DNA from: an uncultured Marinobacter sp.
Lineage (GTDB): Bacteria > Pseudomonadota > Gammaproteobacteria > Pseudomonadales > Oleiphilaceae
Direction of reading: 5' to 3'
NCBI GenBank assembly: GCA_964447555.1
Contig: CAYUTG010000001.1
Location: 1-55,779 of the forward strand
Length of the DNA: 55,779 nt
Made by a program: the position numbers and the translations under genes. Shown here piece after piece: positions 28,471 to 37,378 of the stretch; within the stretch, counting starts at the first letter, position 1, and each line of letters starts with the position of its first letter. The notes below the pieces were generated by a model. The model was not told where the DNA came from. It saw only the letters and a program-made list of their open reading frames with translations, and made no database searches.

Positions 28471-29139
28471 ATGGGGTTTTCCGAATTCTACGATCAGGCA
28501 TTAATCCGCAAGGGCGGCGAACAGGCGTTGCAGGCCCTGCTCCCCGTACCTCCGGAACCCGATGCACTGGAAGCCCGAACCGATGACCGTTACTTGTCCG
28601 GCGTTACCCGCTGCATTTTCAAAGCAGGCTTTGTGTGGCGGGTTATTGAAAATAAATGGCCGGGGTTTGAAGAAGCGTTCAAGGGCTTCGTGCCGCTCTA
28701 CTGGCAGCAGGTGCCGCCGGACGTACTGGAAGATCTGGCACAGGACGAACGTATTGTGCGCAATATGCAGAAAATACGCACCGTACCGGACAACGCCCGC
28801 ATGATTGTCGATGCCTCCCGGGAATATGGCAGTTTTGGCCAGTTTCTCAGCCAGTGGCCCTCAAATGATCAGGTTGGCTTGTTACTCTGGCTTAAGCGTA
28901 ACGGGGCCCGCCTTGGCGGGAATACCGCTCAGTATTTCCTGCGCCAGTCAGGCTGGGACGGTTTTATTCTTTCCCACGATGTGGTGGTCGCTTTGCAGCG
29001 TGCGAAATTGCTGGATGCTTCGCCCACCAGTAAAAAAGGCCTTGGCCAGGCACAGGCTGCGTTTAACCGGTGGCATGAAGAAACGGGGCTGCCGTACAGC
29101 CATTTGTCCCGGATTGTGTCCTGTGCCCAAGACGACTGA
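28471..29139 (+). CDS. DNA-3-methyladenine glycosylase I-like protein
   Basis: FKAGFVWRVIENKWPGFEEAF and ERIVRN..KI match the Tag-like adenine glycosylase family. Confidence 0.75.
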   Translation: MGFSEFYDQALIRKGGEQALQALLPVPPEPDALEARTDDRYLSGVTRCIFKAGFVWRVIENKWPGFEEAFKGFVPLYWQQVPPDVLEDLAQDERIVRNMQKIRTVPDNARMIVDASREYGSFGQFLSQWPSNDQVGLLLWLKRNGARLGGNTAQYFLRQSGWDGFILSHDVVVALQRAKLLDASPTSKKGLGQAQAAFNRWHEETGLPYSHLSRIVSCAQDD

Positions 29140-29181
29140 ACCTGATAAGTACACCTCGTTCAGAGGCAAGTCGCCGGCTGC

Positions 29182-29460
29182 CTAAGGGCGAATCCCGAAA
29201 CCGGTAAATTCGTCCGTCACTTCCTGCTCTTCTGCATCCACTGAACTTACAACCGCCGCTGGTGAGCCATTCCGGCACCAGGATTCCAGCTCGTCAAGCT
29301 GGCGGTCATTGCCTTCAGCAATGATTTCCACCCTGCCATCCGCAAGATTTCTGGCGTAGCCGGCAATGCCGAGCTCATTGGCCCTGGCCTTTGTATAAGC
29401 CCGGTAAGAGACGCCCTGAACGTGCCCTGAAATGATCAGTTTCCGACGAGTGACAGTCAT
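29182..29460 (-). CDS. acyP: Acylphosphatase
   Basis: SGHVQGVSYR, GYARNLADGRVE; 92 aa. Confidence 0.92.
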   Translation of the reverse strand: MTVTRRKLIISGHVQGVSYRAYTKARANELGIAGYARNLADGRVEIIAEGNDRQLDELESWCRNGSPAAVVSSVDAEEQEVTDEFTGFGIRP

Positions 29461-29640
29461 GGGTTACCTCTTTCATGTTGGTATTGAAGTACTTCCAACA
29501 ATAACAGAGCTGCTCTTTATCGTAATACCGCTGCAACGAGTACCAGCACAGGCAACATTCTGGAAATTCACAGGACCGGTTGACCGCTACACATGTTAAG
29601 GACTTCCAGGAATATCACTTTCTGCTGTCGGCAGGCATGC

Positions 29641-30435
29641 TCACACAAACAGCAACAACCCCAACTCACTGAAAATCACACTGGCACCTAGCGCATCACC
29701 GGTATAGCCCCCAAGCTGGCGGCACAGGTAACGTCCCCAGAGCAATGCCACCAACAGAACCGATGCCAGCGCCCCGACCAGTAATAATGGGCTATAGATT
29801 CCTCCGATTATTGCCAGAATCAGGGTGAAGCCGGCTGCTACAACGAGCCGGGTTTTGGAAAACCCGTCGGCCACCGGTTTGCTTTTGCTTTTATCCGGGT
29901 CGGTTACATAAGGCAGGCTGGCCATAAGCAGCAGTGGGGTTAGCCGGGAAATGGCGGGGGCCAGCAACAGCGCTAGCCAGATGTGAGAGCTTTCTGCAAG
30001 CAACGCTACTTTCAGGGCAAGCGCCATCACCAGAGCCACCGTGCCGTAAGTGCCGATGCGACTGTCCTTCATGATTTTCAGGCGCTTTTCCACGGTGTAA
30101 CCGCCACCCAGCGCGTCCACGCTGTCGGCCAGCCCGTCTTCATGAAACGCGCCGGTGATGAACAAATGGAGAGAAACGACCAGCAGAATGGCGGTTAATG
30201 GACTGAAAGCGAGCGTCAGAGTGGCGTAAGTGATTGCGTAGACAGCGCCCAGCAATAAGCCAACCGCAGGGAAATACAGGCTGCTCTGGTTCATCAGGCG
30301 CTGAGAGTAATCAATGCGCACCAGCATGGGAATGCGGGTCAGAAATCCGACGGCCAGCCAGAATGCCTGCCATTCGTTTGTTAGTGTATTCGGCTGTTGA
30401 CTCACTGCTTGCTCCATTGCACCGGGAGCAGGCAT
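29641..30435 (-). CDS. cobS: Adenosylcobinamide-GDP ribazoletransferase (cobalamin synthase)
   Basis: FLTRIP, TGAFHEDGLAD, IMKDSRIGTYG, GGYTGDALGA. The start may lie a few codons further in. Confidence 0.95.
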   Translation of the reverse strand: MPAPGAMEQAVSQQPNTLTNEWQAFWLAVGFLTRIPMLVRIDYSQRLMNQSSLYFPAVGLLLGAVYAITYATLTLAFSPLTAILLVVSLHLFITGAFHEDGLADSVDALGGGYTVEKRLKIMKDSRIGTYGTVALVMALALKVALLAESSHIWLALLLAPAISRLTPLLLMASLPYVTDPDKSKSKPVADGFSKTRLVVAAGFTLILAIIGGIYSPLLLVGALASVLLVALLWGRYLCRQLGGYTGDALGASVIFSELGLLLFV

Positions 30436-30436
30436 G

Positions 30437-31864
30437 TTACCCGTTCAGGGCCGGTGAGTCAGGTGATGAACCGGCTGCCGGCAGCCAGATGTTGACGCAC
30501 AATCCCTGCCGGCCATCGTTACGGTCTGACAGGGTCAGGTGCCCGCCGTGCAATTCCGCGATGCGCAGGGCGATAGCCAGCCCCAGGCCGGCACCCGCGC
30601 CCTGCCGCTGATCCAGCCGCGTGAACCGGCTGAGGGCACGCTCACGGTCAGCGGCGGGAATGCCTGCGCCCTGATCGCAAATCCGGATATTGTAGCCATT
30701 ATCGTGGGGCTGAATGCTGGTAATGATTCGGGTATTGGCCGGGCTGTATTGTATGGCGTTGGCCAGCAGGGAGCGCATCAGGGTAGCAATCAGTGCGCTG
30801 TGACAGCTTACCGTTGCATTGTGGCTGTTGTCCTCCAGTTCCGGATCGATACCCTTGCGCAGCGCCAGTGGCGCAACATCGGCAATGCTCTGCTCTACCA
30901 GCGCTGAGAGGTTTGCCGGCGCTGGCTGGAAATGAATATCAGACTCTACCCGGCTAAGTAGCAGCATCTGTTCGACCAGGTGCACCATCCGGTCTACCGA
31001 TGCTGTCAGGCCCTTGAAGTCATCCGGGTGCTTGTTGCTCAGTTTTTCCAGGTTCAGGCTCAGTGCGGTAAGGGGGGTTCTCAGTTCGTGAGCAGCATCG
31101 GCGGAGAAGCGGCGTTCGCGCTCCAGTGCCTGATCCAGGCGTCTCAATAGCCCGTTTACGGCATCAACCAGGCCGGTCACTTCTTTCGGTGCCTGCTTTT
31201 CTTCCAGTGGATGAATTCGCTCGGGGGCCATGTGTCTTACCGGCTTTTCAAGCTTTCGTAGCGGCCGGAAGCCCACCTGAACCGCAATGATGACTGCAAT
31301 GACAAGCAGAGGGAGAGCAATAACAATGGGCAGAATGTTGCCCATTGCAATCTCCTGGCTCAGCTCACTGCGCACATCTTCCCGTTGTGCGGTACGAATC
31401 CAGTATCCGGTTGCCGGGTCTTTCAGGGTGAAGGTGCGCCAGCTATAGCCGGCAATATCCACCCACGCATAGCCTGCCCGGAGTTCAAGAACATTGTCGG
31501 ATTTCAGTGTGTCCAGAAGCGGCGTTTTATCGGGCGACCAGACTTCAAAAGCAATCTTTCGTTCGTATTTGTGGCCGGCGCCACCGGGCAGAATTTCGTC
31601 GTCATCGACCTCTTCACTCCCGGTAATGGTGATTTTCGGAAGCTGAAGCGTTTTTGCCAGCACCGTTGCCACCCGGTCCTGAGACTGGTGGGTAGACAGG
31701 TACTGAACCAGCCCCTGAACAATTCGGGTGCTTTGGGCCAACTCTGCATCAAAGACCTCCTCCAACTGTTCGTTGCTGACCAGAAAGCCCCAGACGGCAC
31801 TGATCAGCGTGATCAGTAACACAAGGGTTGCCACCATCAGGCTGAGAGTGCGGGTCAGGCTCAT
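30437..31864 (-). CDS. QseC/PmrB-like sensor histidine kinase
   Basis: FDAEL, ERRFSADAAHELRTPL, DQGAG, GLGLAI; overlaps the regulator stop. Confidence 0.92.
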   Translation of the reverse strand: MSLTRTLSLMVATLVLLITLISAVWGFLVSNEQLEEVFDAELAQSTRIVQGLVQYLSTHQSQDRVATVLAKTLQLPKITITGSEEVDDDEILPGGAGHKYERKIAFEVWSPDKTPLLDTLKSDNVLELRAGYAWVDIAGYSWRTFTLKDPATGYWIRTAQREDVRSELSQEIAMGNILPIVIALPLLVIAVIIAVQVGFRPLRKLEKPVRHMAPERIHPLEEKQAPKEVTGLVDAVNGLLRRLDQALERERRFSADAAHELRTPLTALSLNLEKLSNKHPDDFKGLTASVDRMVHLVEQMLLLSRVESDIHFQPAPANLSALVEQSIADVAPLALRKGIDPELEDNSHNATVSCHSALIATLMRSLLANAIQYSPANTRIITSIQPHDNGYNIRICDQGAGIPAADRERALSRFTRLDQRQGAGAGLGLAIALRIAELHGGHLTLSDRNDGRQGLCVNIWLPAAGSSPDSPALNG

Positions 31865-32544
31865 AGCGCTTCCCCGTCAGTGGCGGCCTGGCTGTCGAGC
31901 ATGTAGCCGACCCCTCGTATGGTCCGGATGCTGGCCTTGCCTACCCGGCGACGAAGGTGGTGAATATGCACCTCGAGGGCATTGCTCTCAACACCCTGCT
32001 CCCAGCCATACAACTGCTCCTCCAGCCGGCGGCGGGTGGCTACCTGATCGGGGTGGCGCATCAGGTAATGAAGAATCTGATATTCGCTGCGGGGGAGTGT
32101 GAACTGCCCGGCTGGTGTCTGGAGCTGGCAGGTGTCTGCACAGAGTGTCAGGCTGCCAGTGGTAAGAGTGCTCTGTTGCGCTGCGGAGCCCCGCCGTGTA
32201 ACCACACGAATTCTGGCCTTCAGTTCCGCCATGGCGAAGGGCTTGGTGAGGTAGTCGTCGGCCCCCTGATCCAGCCCCTGAAGTTTGTCATCCAGATCGG
32301 CCCGCGCCGATAAAATGATAATCGGCGTTTGCACGCCTTGTTTACGAATGTTCTTCAGAATATCCAGGCCGTCCATCCGGGGCAGGGTGAGGTCCATGAT
32401 CACCAGATCAAAGTATTCATGGGAAAGCGCGTTCAGCGCCTGGGGCCCGTCATCAAGCCAGTCGACGGTATTCTGGTCATCCCGCAGCATATCAAGCATG
32501 GTGTTGGCCAACAGGTGATCGTCTTCTACAAGCAGAATGCGCAT
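31861..32544 (-). CDS. QseB/PmrA-like response regulator
   Basis: MRILLVEDD, LPRMDG, GADDYLTKPF, SNALEVHIHHLR, IRTIRGVGY. Confidence 0.93.
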   Translation of the reverse strand: MRILLVEDDHLLANTMLDMLRDDQNTVDWLDDGPQALNALSHEYFDLVIMDLTLPRMDGLDILKNIRKQGVQTPIIILSARADLDDKLQGLDQGADDYLTKPFAMAELKARIRVVTRRGSAAQQSTLTTGSLTLCADTCQLQTPAGQFTLPRSEYQILHYLMRHPDQVATRRRLEEQLYGWEQGVESNALEVHIHHLRRRVGKASIRTIRGVGYMLDSQAATDGEAL

Positions 32545-32646
32545 GGGTTTATTCACTGGGTAGTTAGAGTAAAACGGCCGGCCGGGCTGTCTGCCAGAAC
32601 AATAGCACAGCCGGGTTGATTCTGAAGTGCGCCGGATCGGGCCAGA

Positions 32647-34161
32647 TCAGGCATCGGGGCTGCTTTTGTCGGCGGCGGCCTCGCTGGCGTTCCGGGTCAT
32701 CCCCGAGACCCGGTACAAGGTGTAGCGCCGGTCCTGATCCACGGGCTGTGCCTGGTATTCCAGCAGCTGGCGAGCCTGCGGGCTGTCTGTTGCCACCGCA
32801 AAAAACAGATGCTGAGAGGGTGCCAGGCCGTTGACCTGCGGTTTTACCTCGGCCCACGAGGCAGTGTTTATGGTGCCGGCACTGTAAAAGCGGGCCGAGA
32901 AAGGTGCGTCGTTCAGGTACGTGATGTTCCGGGCCGGAGCCCCGGAGCGGGATTCGAAGCGCCCGATCAGATACTTTTCTGTTTTCAGCGAATCCGGATG
33001 GTTGGCCACCCACATGGTGGCACAGACTCCCAGAGCCGGTACCAGTAATGCCGAGGCCAGAGCGGCTCTGCGCAGCCCGTTACTGTGTGGCAGAGGGCAG
33101 GTTCTGGCCACAAGCAAGGCCAGAAATGGCAGGCCAGGCAGTACGTAAGTCCAGAGTATATTGCCAGAGAAGGTAAAGAAGACGGCTGGCGTGAGTGCGC
33201 TTGCCGCAATCAGCAGAGTAAGGCCGTTGGGTGACTTGCAGGCAGCGGCATGGCTGGGTGTATGGACGCGCTTCCGAAGCACACCTGCGATCAGCACAAA
33301 TCCCCAGGGGAAGCTGGCCAGCAGCAGATACAGCCAGATAGTGCCACGGGCAAACTGGTGGGCATTGCCATACAGATCACCGGCCCAGTTACTGATCACA
33401 AACCGCTTTATGTGCTCACCCACAATAAAGTAATCAAGAAAGCCGGGGGTTTTTAATTCCGCCAGAACATACCAGGGCACGACCACCGCCAGCATGGCCA
33501 GGGTGCCGCGAAACCATGGCAGACACTGCCACAACGTACGCCACTGGCGGGTGACGAGCACCCACAGGAAGACGGGCGCCCCGGTGAGAACCAGCGCAAG
33601 CGGGCCTTTTGCCAGCAAGCCAATGGCAAGCCCGACAAAGAAGCCCCAGCCCCAGATTTCTGAACCTGCCCGTAAGCGAAGAATCAGGCTGGCCAAGGTC
33701 AGGGTTGTGCCCAGTGCCAGAAAGGAATCGGTCATCACCGTGCCGGCACTGAGGAATCCCAGTGTTGTGGTGGCGTAAATCAGTGCCGCCCAGAGAGCAT
33801 GCGCGCGAACCCGGTCTTTTTCATGCTCCTGATTGGACGGTATGGCCATACCCATCGCATAAATCAGGCCGACAATGCCAAGGTTAGCGAGCCAGGATGG
33901 CAGCCGGCCCGCGAATTCACTGACGCCAAACAGTTTGAACGAGAGCGCCTGAGCCCAGAACGAGAGCGGGGGTTTGCCCCAGAACGGAACCCCCTTGTTG
34001 AACCAGGGGGTAATCCAGTCGCCGGTTTCCGCCATCATGCGGGCAATTTCGGCATAGCGGGGCTCGGTGGTGTCCATGAACGGAATCAGCGCAGATAATG
34101 CCAGCCGTACCAACAGTACGCTGGCCAGTAGCCACAGCAGCGTTTTAACGGATCGTGTCAT
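32647..34161 (-). CDS. ArnT-family (GT39/83, GT-C fold) lipid-carrier-dependent glycosyltransferase
   Basis: DTTEPRYAEIARMM..GDWITP, FWGKPPL, RLP, KGP, PWY; multi-TM with a C-terminal soluble domain. Confidence 0.88.
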   Translation of the reverse strand: MTRSVKTLLWLLASVLLVRLALSALIPFMDTTEPRYAEIARMMAETGDWITPWFNKGVPFWGKPPLSFWAQALSFKLFGVSEFAGRLPSWLANLGIVGLIYAMGMAIPSNQEHEKDRVRAHALWAALIYATTTLGFLSAGTVMTDSFLALGTTLTLASLILRLRAGSEIWGWGFFVGLAIGLLAKGPLALVLTGAPVFLWVLVTRQWRTLWQCLPWFRGTLAMLAVVVPWYVLAELKTPGFLDYFIVGEHIKRFVISNWAGDLYGNAHQFARGTIWLYLLLASFPWGFVLIAGVLRKRVHTPSHAAACKSPNGLTLLIAASALTPAVFFTFSGNILWTYVLPGLPFLALLVARTCPLPHSNGLRRAALASALLVPALGVCATMWVANHPDSLKTEKYLIGRFESRSGAPARNITYLNDAPFSARFYSAGTINTASWAEVKPQVNGLAPSQHLFFAVATDSPQARQLLEYQAQPVDQDRRYTLYRVSGMTRNASEAAADKSSPDA

Positions 34162-35155
34162 CACCGGCTACCTTGAGTATCGGGGTCTGGTACTGGTGGG
34201 ATTCGGTCTCGAATTCATCGGCCAGTATATAAACCGGCCGTTGTTTGGTTTCCATATAGATTCGCCCGACGTATTCCCCCAGCAAACCGACACACACCAA
34301 CTGAACACCCGCCAGAAAGGTAATGATGGCGATGATTGACGCGTAACCGGGCGTTGAGACTCCAAAGAGCAGAACCCTGGCCACCTCCCATAGCCCGAAC
34401 AGTCCGCCTGTGCCAGCGGCCATGAGGCCCAGCAGCAGGGCAACTCGTAATGGTTTGGTTGAAAACGAGGTAATGCCTTCCATCGCCAGATGTATCAGCT
34501 TGAAGTAATTCCACTTGGTGGTGCCGGCAGCGCGGGAGTCCCGGTCGAATTCCAGGGTAACGGTGGGCATGCCCACCCAGGCAAACATGCCCTTGAGATA
34601 ACGGTTGCGTTCCGGAAGGCTGTTCAGGGCATCAATGGTTCGCCGGCTCATTAGCCGGAAATCGCCGGTGTCCACGGGAATCGGTGCGTCGCTGATGCGG
34701 TTAATCAGGCGATAGAACAGTGACGCCGTCATTCGTTTCAGCCAGCTCTCCCCGGCCCGGGACCGGCGCTTCATCAGCACCACATCAGCACCGCCACGCC
34801 AGTGTGTAACCATGTCGGGGATAAGCTCGGGTGGGTCCTGGAGGTCGGCATCAATCAGAACCACGGCATCGCCCCGGGCTTCTTTCAGGCCGGCCGAAAC
34901 TGCGGCTTCCTTGCCAAAGTTCCGTGATAGCTGAAGCACCCGAATCCGGGCCTGATGGTGTTTCTCCGCCAGTAGCAGAGCGGTGCTGTTGTCGGTACTG
35001 CCATCATCGACGAAGACCAGTTCCACCGCGCAATCCAGCCTTGCGGTGATGGTATCCAGCCGCTTAAGCAGCGTCGGAATCACCGGTGCCTCATTATGGA
35101 CCGGAATCACAATGCTCAGGAGCTGGTCTGCCAGCCGTGGGTTACTGTTGCTCAT
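34145..35155 (-). CDS. GT2 bactoprenol-phosphate glycosyltransferase (GtrB/ArnC-like)
   Basis: VDDGSTD, SRNFGKEAA, DADLQDPP, GDFRL and two C-terminal TMs. Confidence 0.92.
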   Translation of the reverse strand: MSNSNPRLADQLLSIVIPVHNEAPVIPTLLKRLDTITARLDCAVELVFVDDGSTDNSTALLLAEKHHQARIRVLQLSRNFGKEAAVSAGLKEARGDAVVLIDADLQDPPELIPDMVTHWRGGADVVLMKRRSRAGESWLKRMTASLFYRLINRISDAPIPVDTGDFRLMSRRTIDALNSLPERNRYLKGMFAWVGMPTVTLEFDRDSRAAGTTKWNYFKLIHLAMEGITSFSTKPLRVALLLGLMAAGTGGLFGLWEVARVLLFGVSTPGYASIIAIITFLAGVQLVCVGLLGEYVGRIYMETKQRPVYILADEFETESHQYQTPILKVAGDDTIR

Positions 35156-35546
35156 GGAACACAAACCTCTCTGACAACAGGAAATTGATCAGTGCTACCA
35201 GTGCTGTGGCTCCGATCTGGGCAGCCACAGTGCCGGCCTTCAATTGCTGAAGGCTGCTGAATACAACAAGGTTCAGGCACCAGCCAATAAGCGCGCTGGC
35301 AAGGTACCGGGGAAGTGCCCGTCTGTGAGCAAGGCGGGAGCGGAAGGCCCAGGCATGCTGGGCTAGATAGTTAAAAGCCAGCCCGATACCTGCGCCTGCC
35401 GCTGTTGCCAGAACCGGCGTTACGCCCAGTTGAACAAGCAGCCCCATGGCCAGCCAGTGCAGGGCCGTTGCTGCCCCACCGGCCAGCAGAAAACGCAGTA
35501 CCCGTGATTCTCTGGTAACAGTAATTGAGTTGGCGTTACCCGCCAT
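35142..35546 (-). CDS. GtrA-family bactoprenol-sugar translocase
   Basis: 134 aa, 4 TM, RFLLAG...NY...WAF...NF....RFVF. Confidence 0.88.
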   Translation of the reverse strand: MAGNANSITVTRESRVLRFLLAGGAATALHWLAMGLLVQLGVTPVLATAAGAGIGLAFNYLAQHAWAFRSRLAHRRALPRYLASALIGWCLNLVVFSSLQQLKAGTVAAQIGATALVALINFLLSERFVFHEQQ

Positions 35547-35602
35547 AATGGTTCACCTCGACAGACAACATCCGGGCCGGAGCCCGGCTGACAGTGGTGC
35601 TG

Positions 35603-35667
35603 ACTTTACGGCGGGTTTCTTAAATGATCCTTAGCGGATAAAGGCATAAAGCTTAACGAGCCTTAAG
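35603..35667 (-). promoter_or_regulatory. PmrA/QseB-type TTAAG direct-repeat boxes and -10 element upstream of gtrA
   Basis: Minus strand reads CTTAAG-GCTC-GTTAAG (35667-35652), then CTAAG-N6-TTAAG (35634-35619), then TAAAGT 10 nt later (35608-35603). Confidence 0.55.
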
Positions 35668-35769
35668 ATTTGGCGTTCCAGAGGCGCAAGACGGTGTTGC
35701 CCCGTATTTCATTCAGGCCTGTTCCTGTGCAGAATGTACGGGGTATGCCCTGTGGAGGTGCCTGTTGTG

Positions 35770-36633
35770 ATGAACCCGGTTGTTCAGCCATTTTTTGATG
35801 AAACTACCAATACGTTCAGCTACGTGATCCGGGATCCGGGAAGCCAGGCCTGTGCGGTTCTTGATTCGGTGCTGAATTTTGATGAGGCCTCAGGCCGGAC
35901 AACGACGAACTCTGCCGATAAAGTGGTTGATTATATTCGCAGCCACAACCTCAAAACGGAGTGGATTCTGGAAACCCATGTTCATGCCGATCACCTGTCT
36001 GCAGCCCATTATTTACAGGAGCAACTGGGCGGAAAAACTGGCATAGGCAGCCATATTTCCGAGATTCAGGCGATTTTTGGTGAAGCTTTTAACGCCGGCC
36101 CTGACTTTGCCCGCGATGGCAGTCAGTTCGACCAGTTGTTCAACGAGAGTGACCGCTTTGCAGTTGGCGGGCTTGAATGTCGGGTTATGCACACCCCTGG
36201 CCACACCCCCGCTTGCCTGACGTACCTGATTGGCGATGCCGCGTTTGTTGGCGATACGCTGTTTATGCCGGATTACGGCACAGCCCGCTGTGACTTCCCC
36301 GGTGGCGATGCCCGGATGCTCTACCGGTCCATACAGAAGCTGTTCAGCTTGCCCGCAGAAACACGCCTGTTCCTGTGCCACGACTACCAGGCCGATGGCC
36401 GCGATGAATACGTTCACATGACGACCGTTGCCCAGCAGCGTGAATCCAATATTCACATTCACCAGGGTGTGGCGGAAGAGGCGTTTGTCACCATGCGGAC
36501 AGAGCGCGATGCCACTTTGGGCATGCCCCGGCTGATTCTGCCTTCGGTGCAGGTTAATATGCGGGCCGGGTGCATGCCGCCTGCCGAAGATAACGGGCAG
36601 GTGTATCTGAAAATTCCTGTTAACCGGTTCTGA
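35770..36633 (+). CDS. MBL-fold hydrolase, persulfide dioxygenase (ETHE1/Blh-like)
   Basis: ETHVHADH, TPGHT, GDTLF..GTARCDFPGGD, CHDY, SVQVNMRAG. Confidence 0.85.
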   Translation: MNPVVQPFFDETTNTFSYVIRDPGSQACAVLDSVLNFDEASGRTTTNSADKVVDYIRSHNLKTEWILETHVHADHLSAAHYLQEQLGGKTGIGSHISEIQAIFGEAFNAGPDFARDGSQFDQLFNESDRFAVGGLECRVMHTPGHTPACLTYLIGDAAFVGDTLFMPDYGTARCDFPGGDARMLYRSIQKLFSLPAETRLFLCHDYQADGRDEYVHMTTVAQQRESNIHIHQGVAEEAFVTMRTERDATLGMPRLILPSVQVNMRAGCMPPAEDNGQVYLKIPVNRF

Positions 36634-36672
36634 GCGGTATATTCTGAACAACAACACAGCGGTACTTCCCCA

Positions 36673-37332
36673 ATGGGTATGACTGAAAACCTTCTCCCCA
36701 CCAGCCAATGGGTGGTTACCCTCGTACTGTTTGTGCTGGTACTGATTCGCGCACTGCGTACCATTCGCTGGCAGGGGCTTCAGCAGGACAACGCACTGCA
36801 ACATTCATTTTTCGGCGCGGCGGTGGTACTGGGTTTTTTGTGGCAGATCCGGGCCGGAGTGTCTGCAGGCTTATCCATTCATATCTTCGGGATTACGGTT
36901 GTGACTCTGATGCTGGGCTGGGCGCTTGCGGTGGTCGCCGGCCTGATGGCGTTGGTGCTGGTGGTCATTACCGGCCGGGAACCGGCTATTATGTTCGCAG
37001 CCAATGGCCTGGTGACGGTGATGGTACCGGCGTTGGTCAGCCACGGCATTATGGTGTGGGAGCGGCGGCGGAATTTCCGCAATTTTTTCGCGTATATCTT
37101 TGTTTGTGGTTTCTTTGGAGCCGGTTTGTCGGTGGCTGCGGCGGGCACCGTTATGTGCCTGATGCTGTGGAGCAGCGGAGCTTATGGGTTCTCAGAACTG
37201 ATTCACGAGTATATTCGCTACCTGCCGCTGTTTATGCTGCCAGAGGGGTTTGTCAACGGCGCGGTGGTCACCGGGTTGATGGTGTTCCATCCGGATCGGC
37301 TGACAACGCTGGACCAGAGCCGTTATCTGTAA
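36673..37332 (+). CDS. CbiM-like (ECF S-component fold) integral membrane protein
   Basis: About 6 TM; GLSIHIFG and PEGFVNG resemble the CbiM family; lacks the N-terminal MHI metal motif. Confidence 0.65.
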   Translation: MGMTENLLPTSQWVVTLVLFVLVLIRALRTIRWQGLQQDNALQHSFFGAAVVLGFLWQIRAGVSAGLSIHIFGITVVTLMLGWALAVVAGLMALVLVVITGREPAIMFAANGLVTVMVPALVSHGIMVWERRRNFRNFFAYIFVCGFFGAGLSVAAAGTVMCLMLWSSGAYGFSELIHEYIRYLPLFMLPEGFVNGAVVTGLMVFHPDRLTTLDQSRYL

Positions 37333-37378
37333 TGCCGGGTTGTGGGGTTAGCCTGTTGGCAGGTGATGGGCGCGCAAC

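Noticed and set aside
29461-29640. Possible sRNA in the cobS-acyP gap (short TGTTGG/CCAACA stem)
   Set aside because: Only a weak 6-bp stem and no recognisable family motif; adequately explained as the acyP promoter and 5' UTR.
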